Shown: in pieces, positions 18,403 to 28,306 of the stretch
Numbering within the stretch: the stretch's first letter is position 1
Layout: every line of letters begins with the position of its first letter
Virus record (IMG/VR): IMGVR_UViG_3300042731_011319
Location: 32,001 to 96,000 of that record
Length of the DNA: 64,000 nucleotides
Strand: one strand, 5' to 3'
Origin: a virus
The notes under the pieces: model-generated
What the model was told of the DNA's origin: nothing
Database searches by the model: none
The model's input: the letters and a program-made list of their open reading frames with translations, nothing else
Made by a program: the position numbers and the translations under genes

Positions 18403-20094
18403 TTAAAATGAATCGAGGATGTCTAGGCTGCCATCAGGTGGTGTTAGCCGATAGCCGCCATGAATCCAAAGCTCGATGCCATGATCGGGCATACTGGTGC
18501 CTATCGGATACCTCAAAGGAATATCATGAGTAATATCTAAATGATTTGTACTGCCATCGTCTTTATAAAGACTATCAAACCAATCCCTCGGATGAGTTCC
18601 TATATCAACGCCCTCAAAAAAATATACCGACCACTCATAAAAAGCGCATGGATTATCTAATTTTCCGCCATATCCATTCGATCTAACCCATGTTCTATTT
18701 AGTTTTCTAATATGTCCGTGAGGTAAAATGATAGCCATCGAATAGTATCCATTACCCAAGAGGGTGCCGGTATCACCAGCATTAAATGTGGTGGTGTAAT
18801 TCGGCCATTTTGAGGTATAGCTAACCAAAGGCCAAGTTTGATGCAGAAGATGAGCATACATGGGTCCATGGCTACTACCACAACCGCCTTCGAGAAAAAC
18901 CAATCGCTGTTGATTGCCATATGGGTTGCCAGTCTTCCATTCGACATTGAGTTTTATTTCTTCGCACCCACCTCCAGATTTAAGAGCTTGAAACCATATA
19001 TAAGAACCCTCCTTGCCAACCGTGTCCGCGTAGTTCTGTCCTTCAATTAAAAAATCAGTATAATCACTGCCTGCACCATTGCTATTACCATGAGCTATCA
19101 ATTGCCAACTAGGATAACCTGTGAGAGCCGGCGGGTTTGGTTTTGCGGAATAAACAATTTTAATATACTTGCCTTGCCAGCTTACGCGACCATAACCATC
19201 TACCCAAAATCCATAAGTAAAAGCATCGTATCGACCATTGGTATTCTGGCCATCTTCTAACATAATATTAAAGCCAGCTTTACTCAATTGAACATCAAAC
19301 TGTATATTACTGGTTTGTATAACCGCAACGCCTGAAACCTCTAGGCCTGTATCATAATCCAATACTTCAACTCGATGTGCATTTCTACCATCAGCGAAAG
19401 CGGAAACCCAAACCTCTACAAGCATGGATGTGGTGTTATGGCCATGATATACTGTCCATGCACTTCCTGGACTAACTGGGCCTACCCACCCAGTAGATTC
19501 AACAGAGCTGGTGGGCATTTCAATGGCGCCCCAACTGCCGTCACCTTTAAGATATGCATTTTCGCTTCCAGCTGAAGGGGCTGGCACAAGACCAGATGTT
19601 CCAGCCGTACTTGAGCTTGCGCCACTAAAAGCAGGTGTGACGGGCAAAGGCCTCCATGTGCCGTCAGCATTTAACCATTCTTTTGCGGCCACCTCTGTAG
19701 CTGTTGGTCCGGGCACTAATCCAGTATGGCCACTACCAAAAGTTCGATGAGATCGCCAAGCAGGGTTGCCTGAGGCATCAGTCATCCATACTGCATGGGC
19801 ATTGCTGCCCCCTGCAGATACAACTCCGGCAGCGGTTTTACTATTTGCAAAATAACTAATCGGCCTCCAATTTCCATCAGCAACAAGTATTTCAGTAGAG
19901 ACAATTTCAGCTTCAGTTGGGCCGGGCACTAAACCTTTAACATCTTTGGAAAATACTTGTTGTAGTTGCATCAGCTCGTGAACTGATATTTTATAAGTGA
20001 TCGCACTATCAAAATCAGCAATAGCTAAAAGATCTTCATCTTTCAAAAAATTTGCGGGAGGAACAGATAGATCTCGAATAGTATTAAATGACAT
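18403..20094 (-). CDS. tail fibre / receptor-binding protein B (paralogue of 2729..4435)
   Basis: First ~150 aa nearly identical to fibre A modules; unrelated C-terminus. Confidence 0.7.
   Translation of the reverse strand: MSFNTIRDLSVPPANFLKDEDLLAIADFDSAITYKISVHELMQLQQVFSKDVKGLVPGPTEAEIVSTEILVADGNWRPISYFANSKTAAGVVSAGGSNAHAVWMTDASGNPAWRSHRTFGSGHTGLVPGPTATEVAAKEWLNADGTWRPLPVTPAFSGASSSTAGTSGLVPAPSAGSENAYLKGDGSWGAIEMPTSSVESTGWVGPVSPGSAWTVYHGHNTTSMLVEVWVSAFADGRNAHRVEVLDYDTGLEVSGVAVIQTSNIQFDVQLSKAGFNIMLEDGQNTNGRYDAFTYGFWVDGYGRVSWQGKYIKIVYSAKPNPPALTGYPSWQLIAHGNSNGAGSDYTDFLIEGQNYADTVGKEGSYIWFQALKSGGGCEEIKLNVEWKTGNPYGNQQRLVFLEGGCGSSHGPMYAHLLHQTWPLVSYTSKWPNYTTTFNAGDTGTLLGNGYYSMAIILPHGHIRKLNRTWVRSNGYGGKLDNPCAFYEWSVYFFEGVDIGTHPRDWFDSLYKDDGSTNHLDITHDIPLRYPIGTSMPDHGIELWIHGGYRLTPPDGSLDILDSF
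19940..20018. repeat. 79-bp exact direct repeat of 4281..4359
   Basis: Base-by-base identity within a longer ~400-bp similar region. Confidence 0.9.
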
Positions 20095-20117
20095 AGCAAA
20101 TATATATACACTAAAAA

Positions 20118-21281
20118 CTATCTACGGGCACGGTCAATGAAGTGATCTGCTAGCCCACCTTCATTTAAATATTCCTCTAAATCATCAAGCAATTTATTCC
20201 GTATTTCTTTTACATCAGCAGGCAAGTCTTCTTTCTTGTATTTAGCGAAAGTCATAGTAGATGCTATTAATAATAAAATAGCCAGCGGATCAAAAACAAA
20301 TATCAAAGTAATAATAACGATTCTGATGGCTTGATTAGTGTCAATGCTGACACCCCCCCATTCATTTAATAGATTCGCAATATATAATATCGGACCAATC
20401 TCGACTTCCAGGGCCCTAAGCTTGGACCCATATTCAAATTTTTCAGATTCGAGCAAGGTGATACGATGATATGCATCCTCTATCTCTGAACGAGAGGGAT
20501 GATCAAAGGCGTCAATAGTTGAATCTTGAGGTGAAAAAGATAAAATGGAGTCAATTTTTGCTCGAATTTGTGATATGTCAGTATCAATATCACTAGATAT
20601 TTTTTGAATTTTATTTTCGGCGGCTAATTTACTATCAGAAATAGATTTTCGTTCAAGTTCTTGGTTCGAGATTAATTCTTTGTATCGGCTTTGATTGCCA
20701 AAAAGACCGCTAGGCTTGGTGTCGGATAGTTGTTTGTCAAGTTCAGTTAATCTAATATTTAATTTATCAATAATATCATTTTGTATTTTAATTGAATTAT
20801 TTTTTTCTTGCTTTAAATCTTTTACTCTGTTTTGTAATGTTGTTATTATACTGTCTGAATTATCTTTTTGATGGTTTTTATTATTATTAAATAATTCAAG
20901 TTGTTCTTTTTTTCTGGTGATGAAGTTTTGTTCTCGAATGATTTTCTGATCAATTTGATGGATGATGGCTTGTTCTTTTTCTATAGAAGCATGATGCTCA
21001 ACATGAGAGCGGGATAAGAATCCAAAGATGCCCATGCTAGTAATCAGACTAAGCACTACAACCGAGAATAATAAATATCTTTTCAGAAACTTAAATGAAT
21101 CATTCCAGTTATGGTGCAGCCAGACTGAAGCAACTAGTTTGCCCACTTCAAGCACTCCGCCCATTATGATAATAGCATCCCTTGAGCCAGGGAACATAGT
21201 AGCTAAACCAATTACACTAAAGTATGCCGCAGTTAACGAAATTGAAACAGCCGACAAAAAAGTTAATGCCGCAAAAAACAT
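20118..21281 (-). CDS. membrane protein with long coiled coil
   Basis: Three N-terminal TM segments, coiled coil, C-terminal TM with FDPLA. Confidence 0.7.
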   Translation of the reverse strand: MFFAALTFLSAVSISLTAAYFSVIGLATMFPGSRDAIIIMGGVLEVGKLVASVWLHHNWNDSFKFLKRYLLFSVVVLSLITSMGIFGFLSRSHVEHHASIEKEQAIIHQIDQKIIREQNFITRKKEQLELFNNNKNHQKDNSDSIITTLQNRVKDLKQEKNNSIKIQNDIIDKLNIRLTELDKQLSDTKPSGLFGNQSRYKELISNQELERKSISDSKLAAENKIQKISSDIDTDISQIRAKIDSILSFSPQDSTIDAFDHPSRSEIEDAYHRITLLESEKFEYGSKLRALEVEIGPILYIANLLNEWGGVSIDTNQAIRIVIITLIFVFDPLAILLLIASTMTFAKYKKEDLPADVKEIRNKLLDDLEEYLNEGGLADHFIDRARR

Positions 21282-21548
21282 TTAAATCTCCCCTATCTGA
21301 TCGTTGTTATTACAATCTATAATATTTTTATTTAATAATTCGAAATGCACTAATGTAAAGTACTTTCCGCTTCGCTTATTGGATGAATATCCATAGCCAT
21401 GATTTGATAAAAATTTTGTTAACTCAGCGATATACTGATATTCAATATAAACTATGATTTTTAGAGGATATCCGCAATCAGATACTTCCTGAGAGAACAA
21501 GGAATCTTCGCAATACTCATGGCAAATTGCTTCTACTGAATGTGTCAT
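21282..21548 (-). CDS. hypothetical protein
   Basis: ORF; start moved to ATG 21548, 10 nt after a GTGTA motif. Confidence 0.5.
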   Translation of the reverse strand: MTHSVEAICHEYCEDSLFSQEVSDCGYPLKIIVYIEYQYIAELTKFLSNHGYGYSSNKRSGKYFTLVHFELLNKNIIDCNNNDQIGEI

Positions 21549-21587
21549 TAAAATAATGTACACATATAAAATTATTTAGTTAATAAT

Positions 21588-22652
21588 TTATAAAAGGTCA
21601 TCAATGTCTGTTTCAGGTTTATTCCAGTAAGGGCATCCTTTATATTTTAATAACTCCATTGTTTCACCTTCTTCTTCTTTAAGAATAATGCTATCTTTGT
21701 CCTCTTCAAAATAGGATTTGATAATCTTCCCGCTTGAATTTTTGACTGCATAATAATTCATAGGTTTGCGATATGGACAAATATATGCAACAATAGGATT
21801 TCCTTCTTTGTCTAGAACAGGACTACCTCGAGACATCTTATATCCATCCTTGCCACACATCAATGGGCCGCCAAATGTTCCGTCTGCAGGATAACTCTGG
21901 GCTCCTGCGAAATTTGAAGTAGCATCTTCTTCGTCAAAATTATCAAGAAAAGACTGGATACTGGTAAGAAAATATTCAATGCCTTCCAGCTCTTCATCAG
22001 AAATTTCTGACATTTTAACACAACCAGAAGCATGTAAATCAAATTTTAAAAACAGGAATTCAACTTGCCGCTTCTTAAAGTGAGGAAATAATTTACGAAC
22101 AGCCAAAGTATAAATTAAATCCTGCAAATTATCGGTAATTTCTTTGCCTTTAAAAACAGACTTGCTACTTTTAAAATCGCGAATAACCGCTAAATCAGAA
22201 TCTTTGTACAAAAATAATTTATCAATAAAGCCACGAACCCTGTAGAGTTTATCAGCTTCATCCACTGTAATATTAAATTCTTGCTCAGAAATAGCTTCAT
22301 CTGGCTCTCCTCTGGCACCGCCAAAAAAATCAAAATGTAGACCTGCTAGAGTCATGTCATTGATGAGCGTCAGGTTTTCTTGGTCATTGACATTCAGTTT
22401 TTTTGCGTGGTAATGAACAAGCCTTCTTATGGGTTCACATAGGAAAATTGAGTCCTTTAAAATGATCTCATCATAAATATCTCTATGCTTCGGGTCTCCT
22501 AGTAGCTCGAAAATTAAGTGGCAAATCCAACCCCGACTAGCTCCGTCATTACTGCGGTCAGGAACTTTTAAGTGATAGGTGGCCCAATAACTCCAAGAAC
22601 AACTTTGAGCTTTTTTAATTCTGCTAGCAGATAGTGGTGTTAAGTCAATCAT
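21588..22652 (-). CDS. PD-(D/E)xK RecB/AddB-family exonuclease
   Basis: LSAS.I.....C, G..H...E, GFID...DFKS, Q..IY, C-terminal cysteines. Confidence 0.85.
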   Translation of the reverse strand: MIDLTPLSASRIKKAQSCSWSYWATYHLKVPDRSNDGASRGWICHLIFELLGDPKHRDIYDEIILKDSIFLCEPIRRLVHYHAKKLNVNDQENLTLINDMTLAGLHFDFFGGARGEPDEAISEQEFNITVDEADKLYRVRGFIDKLFLYKDSDLAVIRDFKSSKSVFKGKEITDNLQDLIYTLAVRKLFPHFKKRQVEFLFLKFDLHASGCVKMSEISDEELEGIEYFLTSIQSFLDNFDEEDATSNFAGAQSYPADGTFGGPLMCGKDGYKMSRGSPVLDKEGNPIVAYICPYRKPMNYYAVKNSSGKIIKSYFEEDKDSIILKEEEGETMELLKYKGCPYWNKPETDIDDLL

Positions 22653-23694
22653 TAAAAAATTTTTGTTTGTATAGACTAGCGGAAATTTCTTGAGATTTTA
22701 CAAGAGATTCAATTTCTTTCTGGTAAAAAGCTTGATCAAAAATATACTCTTCGCTATCTAGATAATGTTTCCACTTTGGGAATTGATCAGATTGCATATC
22801 ACCAAAATCATTAGCCAATGGATGGTGTATAATGACATTGGATCGATCAAAATAATTTAATAATTTTAAATAACATTTAAACGACCCAATTCTACCCCGG
22901 TTAGAATCTTTGTCTTGATCGTTATTTAATGACAGAACGATTTTAGAGCAGCCACAAGAAACCAAAAAGCAGATCATTGCGGAAGAAATAGATGTGCCAA
23001 ATAAAACTAATACATTCTTGATGCCATGCTGGTGAAGATTCAATAAGTCGCCAATACTTTCCACAAGTATAATAGTTTCGGAATCATAAATAGATGATTG
23101 TATTGATTCTCCATAATCATTAGGAAGGTAAAAAGGGTAAATCCAAGATGATTTTTTACCTACATGCTTCCATTTTGGGCGATCTTTATTGCTTGGAGCC
23201 ATGTCTCTTCCACTAAACCCACAAATTAAGAAATCTGAATTATAAATAGGAAAAACAAATCTCTGGTACATCGAGCCTTCCGTGCATAGTCCAGAAGTAA
23301 AATTTCTTAAAACTATATCATCAATGCCCTTATTGTTGTAAAATTTGTAATGAGGCAATAGCCGATCAAGCATTGAAGTCGGGTATGTTTTTTCCATAAT
23401 TAGCTTGGGTTGAGAGGGCTCGACGATATTTGGTACATCAAAATCATATCCGCCAGTAATTTTTGAAATTTCATCCCTGTCGTTAGTTTGTAAAGTGGCT
23501 GAAACTAAAGACTCTAAAGGTAGATAGGATGAATTTTTAACATGATCTACCCATACTCCTGAGTCCTTATAAACTTGCAAAGCAGTTGGGTTAGTGCCAC
23601 CTCTATAAATAGCATTTGTCCGCCAATGATTACCAAAATCAGATAATTTATAACCTAAATTTGTTAAGATATGTTTAATTTTTTCAGAGGTCAT
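22645..23694 (-). CDS. dnaG: DnaG-like DNA primase (TOPRIM)
   Basis: R.VFPI...GFSGR, KW, VES..D, LFGT, NND, DFGD. Confidence 0.85.
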   Translation of the reverse strand: MTSEKIKHILTNLGYKLSDFGNHWRTNAIYRGGTNPTALQVYKDSGVWVDHVKNSSYLPLESLVSATLQTNDRDEISKITGGYDFDVPNIVEPSQPKLIMEKTYPTSMLDRLLPHYKFYNNKGIDDIVLRNFTSGLCTEGSMYQRFVFPIYNSDFLICGFSGRDMAPSNKDRPKWKHVGKKSSWIYPFYLPNDYGESIQSSIYDSETIILVESIGDLLNLHQHGIKNVLVLFGTSISSAMICFLVSCGCSKIVLSLNNDQDKDSNRGRIGSFKCYLKLLNYFDRSNVIIHHPLANDFGDMQSDQFPKWKHYLDSEEYIFDQAFYQKEIESLVKSQEISASLYKQKFFND

Positions 23695-25190
23695 AAATCA
23701 AGTAAGGGGTCCATTGTACCTTGGCCGGTTAAAGAAACATCAACTTGAGAATCTACTACATCTTGAAGATCTCCAACTTCTGTAATATCAAAATTATCAA
23801 AATCTAAATTAATAAAATTTCTTTTTAAATCTCCTGTGGGCATACGAACGGGCTGTATTGCTCTATGTACATCTTCACCTAAGTGTCTGTATTTAAAGCA
23901 TGTTAAACGATGTGTGCCAAACTGATTATCTTCTTCTGCTAATTCATCCATTGTTTTTTGACGCAGGCCAAAGAGGTGTGAGCTGAATTGAGTGATGCGA
24001 TCAGAAAGAGAAACTATACTATCGTCTTCTACAATATTATCGGAGTGACGATTATTAGTTATACCAGTACGATTACTCTGAACACTAGTCATCATTGAAA
24101 TCATTGGGTCTCCGTCACAAGTAATATCTCGCTGAATTAGTTTTTTAAATTTGTCAACCATTTCACCTACAACTTGCCATTCTGTTTTATTGCCGACATT
24201 TTCTGATGTAGTCTTGATATAGTCAAAGCTTAAGATCATTTTATTGCCTCGTTTAACATGACCATAGTAAAAATGCTTCACCATTTGAATCATTGTGTCA
24301 ACTGGCATGCCGCCGACATTTTGATAATAAAACTGATAGTTTTTAATTAAAGGCCAAACACTTCTCACTTTGTTAACTATTTCTTCTCCGGCATTGCGCC
24401 ACTGTCCAGTCTCTAGTAGGTGAAGTGGTATTTTAGATAAGGCAGCACATTGACGCATCATTAGTTCTTCTTTACTCATTTCACCATTATCTAAATGCAG
24501 AATAGGTATTCCTTCATTTTGAGAAACTTTTAAGCAGAAGTCCATAACGAATTGAGTTTTACCGACACCAGTACGAGCAACTATAGTAGTAATATTACCT
24601 GGCCGTAATAATGAACCATATAAACTATGCAATCTAGGATGAGGACCCCTTGGTCCAAATTCTGTTTGGGGGTTGTTGCCTCTAGCTTCAATCAATTCTT
24701 CCATTTCAGCGAAAACATTTTGAGGTGCATGATCTCCGTTTTCATATAAAGAACTGTTTTTAGAATAAAAAGATTCAGCTTGATGAAAGATGTGATCCAT
24801 ACCTTTTGCAGGATCTAAGTCTTTCATTTCTTTAATAACACCCTGTGCATTGCCTATGATTTCTCTCCGTAAAGACAATTTTTTGATCTCAACAGCTGAT
24901 TCGGTTACTGATGAAATAGATGCACGTTTAAGTTTTAAGGCTCGAATGTAGTCAGATACATTGATGTTATCCTCAAAAGAAACTTGAGCTAGCCTAAGCC
25001 TTTCAGCTAAAATAACTTCATCTACAAAGTTGCCTGATTCATAATCAACACTTAGATGACTATAAATTATACGGTTTGGCTCAAAGAAAAAGTCTTTAGG
25101 TGAAATAAATGCGGCAATTTCAACATACTTATCAGGATGATTAAGTAAGCCAGCAAGAAATTGCTTTTCAACTTCAGCAGAATATACCAT
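23691..25190 (-). CDS. dnaB: replicative DNA helicase
   Basis: E...LA.LL N-terminus, ARTGVGKT, EM, DY, QSNR, K.R. Confidence 0.92.
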   Translation of the reverse strand: MVYSAEVEKQFLAGLLNHPDKYVEIAAFISPKDFFFEPNRIIYSHLSVDYESGNFVDEVILAERLRLAQVSFEDNINVSDYIRALKLKRASISSVTESAVEIKKLSLRREIIGNAQGVIKEMKDLDPAKGMDHIFHQAESFYSKNSSLYENGDHAPQNVFAEMEELIEARGNNPQTEFGPRGPHPRLHSLYGSLLRPGNITTIVARTGVGKTQFVMDFCLKVSQNEGIPILHLDNGEMSKEELMMRQCAALSKIPLHLLETGQWRNAGEEIVNKVRSVWPLIKNYQFYYQNVGGMPVDTMIQMVKHFYYGHVKRGNKMILSFDYIKTTSENVGNKTEWQVVGEMVDKFKKLIQRDITCDGDPMISMMTSVQSNRTGITNNRHSDNIVEDDSIVSLSDRITQFSSHLFGLRQKTMDELAEEDNQFGTHRLTCFKYRHLGEDVHRAIQPVRMPTGDLKRNFINLDFDNFDITEVGDLQDVVDSQVDVSLTGQGTMDPLLDL

Positions 25191-25196
25191 GAGGCT

Positions 25197-25225
25197 ATGT
25201 TAGCAGAAAAAAATCAATTAGTCAA
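25197..25225 (-). promoter_or_regulatory. sigma70-type promoter (leaderless) for the dnaB operon
   Basis: TTGACT-17 nt-TAACAT with TG extension, 6 nt before ATG. Confidence 0.65.
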
Positions 25226-25496
25226 CACCATTTTCTGGGTCATCGTTTTCTGCACCATACATTAAGTCAGATTCTTCTAAACTTAATAAGTATTTTTCTA
25301 CAGCCTTTCGTAGTCCCATCTCAATAATTTGGTTTTGACATCGTGTGTAAACCATAGGGCTTCCATGTTGGTCTACATATGCAAGAAGAAATCCTTTATT
25401 ATGATCAGCATCACCGGTTAATTCGAAAATTTTCTCGAGCAAACTGTCGGGCAACTGAAAAGAATGAAAATTATTTGGATTAATTTCTTCGCTCAC
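25218..25496 (-). CDS. hypothetical protein
   Basis: ORF with GTGTA motif 9 nt upstream. Confidence 0.6.
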   Translation of the reverse strand: MSEEINPNNFHSFQLPDSLLEKIFELTGDADHNKGFLLAYVDQHGSPMVYTRCQNQIIEMGLRKAVEKYLLSLEESDLMYGAENDDPENGVD

Positions 25497-25516
25497 AATA
25501 AATATTACACATAGTG

Positions 25517-25927
25517 TTATAAGATAACACCAAAAGATTCAAACAAATCCTTGGATAATACATCATTTGGATAAATTTCGACAAGCTTGATATTATTTAA
25601 GTCACAAAATTTTTGTTTATCATTATCTCTTCTTATTTGACTTAGAAATGTAGACTTAGATTTTCCATGAAAAAATGGAGTATACTTCAAGTGTTGTCCG
25701 CCTTGCACTTCGATGGCTATATTTTTATTAGAATTATAAAAATCAAAACTCATTTTAGTGCCAGCAATAGGAAATTCTTCAAATACTATATCCATATCCC
25801 AATAAGGCTTAATGAATTCTTTGACTGAATATTGCAGTTTGCTTCTACTTGATGCGCCCCATTTAATTAAATAAGATTTTGGTTTTTTTACTCGTTTGGT
25901 TGAACCTACTAATGTTTTAAATATCAT
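25517..25927 (-). CDS. Vsr/DUF559-like endonuclease
   Basis: DFY.....AIEVQG.QH...RD..K...C....I.L. Confidence 0.8.
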   Translation of the reverse strand: MIFKTLVGSTKRVKKPKSYLIKWGASSRSKLQYSVKEFIKPYWDMDIVFEEFPIAGTKMSFDFYNSNKNIAIEVQGGQHLKYTPFFHGKSKSTFLSQIRRDNDKQKFCDLNNIKLVEIYPNDVLSKDLFESFGVIL

Positions 25928-27052
25928 TTATGAGTTTTGTTGGTAAATCAATTCTTTAAAATGCTCAATAAGAAAAGAGCAAAGATCTGCAGAGCCTTCT
26001 AGCAAGGCATTTAATTTAGGTTCACCTTGAATTTTTTCTGGAAACTCGAGTTTATTAGATGCAAGTATATCAATAAAGTCTTGCTCGACAGAAATCCATG
26101 CCCCTTTTTTATTAATATAGCCCCATAGATATAACATATCAATTAGCTCTCTTTCTATCCATATAGATGTACCGTTAGTTCTTCCATATTTAATAGGATA
26201 TTCTAGAGTATAGTTGGTTTTTTCATTGGGAGATTTTTTAACAGTAATCTTAGCAATATGACCCAATATTTTATTCTTTTGCTGATCAATGGGCTGAGTT
26301 TGATTCTCAAGTATTAAGTCTTTCTTAAACCGTGGCTCAAACTCAAGGATGTAATTTGCAAAATGCAGCAAGGCATTACCACCGGTTGCTGTAGTCTGGC
26401 GAATTGGGGCTTTGCTATAAGGGTCTAGTTTAATATCAGCACGAACCTGAGAAATGAATATAGCCATATGCCCTCGTTTAGCCAAGGCGATACTCATCTT
26501 TTGCATAAATTTAGCTCCAAGTAATGCACCTCCTGCAACCTTATGAGAGTCCTCGAAGCCCTTATTAAGGTCGTCTTTCATGATTAATCCATCAAGTGAA
26601 TCTAGTATAAAGCAATACTTTGTGCCTTCGGGATTTTTGGCAACTAGAATCCTCATTAAATCAAGGACTGTTTCGTAAATGTTGCAATCAAAAACAAAGC
26701 ATTTGCCACAATCCCATTCGTCTTCTTCGTATGTAAAATCGATTCCGCATCGAGCTCGCATTTCTTTGGATAAGCGTCCTTCAGCTTTAATATAAACGCC
26801 TTTAGAGTCTGGCATTTTCAGGAAGTTCTTCATAACCTCTAAAGCTTCAGAGCTTTTGCCGCCTTCATTCATTCCTGTAAAGCGATGCAGCCCAGGACCG
26901 AGTCCACCGTTCAATTCAAAATCAACTTTTAAACTGCCAGAAGATACTTTATAATCAATTTCTTCTTCAAAATTATAATGATGCTCTTCATTCTGTTTAA
27001 GGAATGATTTTAATGCCTCTTTAGTCTCTGATGGTTCTAATGTTTTGCTCAT
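25928..27052 (-). CDS. recA: RecA-family recombinase
   Basis: SSGS...D..L.GG, GMNEGGKS, ILDS, ISQVR, GGNALLH.A, KKGAW. Confidence 0.92.
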   Translation of the reverse strand: MSKTLEPSETKEALKSFLKQNEEHHYNFEEEIDYKVSSGSLKVDFELNGGLGPGLHRFTGMNEGGKSSEALEVMKNFLKMPDSKGVYIKAEGRLSKEMRARCGIDFTYEEDEWDCGKCFVFDCNIYETVLDLMRILVAKNPEGTKYCFILDSLDGLIMKDDLNKGFEDSHKVAGGALLGAKFMQKMSIALAKRGHMAIFISQVRADIKLDPYSKAPIRQTTATGGNALLHFANYILEFEPRFKKDLILENQTQPIDQQKNKILGHIAKITVKKSPNEKTNYTLEYPIKYGRTNGTSIWIERELIDMLYLWGYINKKGAWISVEQDFIDILASNKLEFPEKIQGEPKLNALLEGSADLCSFLIEHFKELIYQQNS

Positions 27053-27381
27053 GATAAAAAGTCTCTCAATGTTTTGGGCCTATTGTCTATTTTAAAGTCT
27101 TCTCCACATTTTTCCCCTAATTTAAACTCTTTTTTTTCAGGGATATTGTATTTAAATAAATTATATTTTCTTTTTAATTCCTCGCTAAAGAATCCAGAAC
27201 GAAGCACAATCATACTGTCGAGTTTTTTGCTAAAAGTTAAACCTTGCCAGAATTTAAATTCAGGATATAGTTCTAATAAAATATTAAAAGTTTTAATTTC
27301 TCGACCCCAGAATAAGCGTTTTTGCTTCTCTGGAATATTGATTAAATTCTCAATTATTTTTTTCTTTTCAGTGTGAGTCAC
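27049..27381 (-). CDS. hypothetical protein
   Basis: ORF coupled to recA. Confidence 0.6.
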   Translation of the reverse strand: MTHTEKKKIIENLINIPEKQKRLFWGREIKTFNILLELYPEFKFWQGLTFSKKLDSMIVLRSGFFSEELKRKYNLFKYNIPEKKEFKLGEKCGEDFKIDNRPKTLRDFLS

Positions 27382-27387
27382 TGAATA

Positions 27388-27416
27388 AAGATAACAAATA
27401 AATGTTTAAAAGTCAA
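27388..27416 (-). promoter_or_regulatory. sigma70-type promoter (leaderless) for the recA operon
   Basis: TTGACT-17 nt-TATCTT with TG extension, 6 nt before GTG 27381. Confidence 0.6.
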
Positions 27417-27418
27417 GT

Positions 27419-27655
27419 TTATTTAGGTCTAAAGCCAGAATCGTAATCACCTACAATTTGAGACGACAATCCGAAAGTATATAATTTTCTATTTAATTCG
27501 CGACCTGTGTGGTTGTTGTAATAGTTTGTTTGACTAGAGTCTGCGGATAAAATAGTATTAATTCTACTGCGAATATCACTAAGCTTAGCTGATAAAATGT
27601 CGGGAGTGGATATAGAGTGAATTTCTTGCAATAAACTAGGTAAGGTGTCTTCCAT
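27419..27655 (-). CDS. hypothetical protein
   Basis: Start moved to ATG 27655 (GTGTA 9 nt upstream; avoids overlap). Confidence 0.5.
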   Translation of the reverse strand: MEDTLPSLLQEIHSISTPDILSAKLSDIRSRINTILSADSSQTNYYNNHTGRELNRKLYTFGLSSQIVGDYDSGFRPK

Positions 27656-27668
27656 AAATATATGTACA

Positions 27669-28103
27669 CTATCTTCGCTTGCTTGGGATTGCATAAAATC
27701 CCACCACCATGAAACAAAGATCAATAAAAGAAGAAAGCATTAAGCCTCCCGTAAGCTTAACAACTTCCCAGTCTTTACCACCAAAAATCCAGCTGAAAAG
27801 CCCCCATTTTGAGCTCTCGCCCCTTGGCACGATAATTTCATAAGAAATATCAGGGTTATGAGCATAATAAACCATTAAATAACACATGGTAAAAGTAATA
27901 GACATAAACAGTATCCTGCGAGTAATCTTTACAAATGGGTCACTAGCCTGCTGAGCTTGATTGTCAAGCATTGCCCTCATCATTTCATTGTCTCTGGCGG
28001 CGAGCATCATCTGATCTTGGCGTTTTTGTTCGAGCCAAGCATTTACTAGGTTGCAGGCTAGTTTTATTCCAGCCCCTAAAATAGTATTAAAGATGGGACC
28101 CAT
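27669..28103 (-). CDS. membrane protein, possibly holin-like
   Basis: Two clear TM segments, amphipathic N-terminus, basic C-terminus. Confidence 0.45.
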   Translation of the reverse strand: MGPIFNTILGAGIKLACNLVNAWLEQKRQDQMMLAARDNEMMRAMLDNQAQQASDPFVKITRRILFMSITFTMCYLMVYYAHNPDISYEIIVPRGESSKWGLFSWIFGGKDWEVVKLTGGLMLSSFIDLCFMVVGFYAIPSKRR

Positions 28104-28294
28104 TAGTCTGGGATACTATCGTAATCAGCTTTGCTGCAGAATTTAGTTAACTTTGTGCCATCATCAACTGCTTTTAAGCAATACCTAATAGAGAGCTTAC
28201 CTGTTTTGGTAGTTTTTTCGATAGTATGCTTGGTTACATCTGACTCAGAGATTTGAACCTTTTCTTTTTTCTTTACATTGTAGAACTCGATCAT
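28103..28294 (-). CDS. small Lys-rich protein, CC1/DUF5679-like, putative DNA-binding
   Basis: FYNVK.K....IEK.T.TG...A..DGTKL.KF pattern. Confidence 0.45.
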   Translation of the reverse strand: MIEFYNVKKKEKVQISESDVTKHTIEKTTKTGKLSIRYCLKAVDDGTKLTKFCSKADYDSIPD

Positions 28295-28306
28295 AATATT
28301 CGGGGT

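Noticed and set aside
2729-20094. Diversity-generating retroelement or invertible shufflon acting on the fibre paralogues
   Set aside because: No reverse transcriptase or invertase in the window; shared sequence is N-terminal, in direct orientation, and differences are not adenine-specific
21588-22652. Cas4 of a CRISPR system
   Set aside because: No other cas genes or array; sits in the primase-helicase operon like a phage recombination exonuclease
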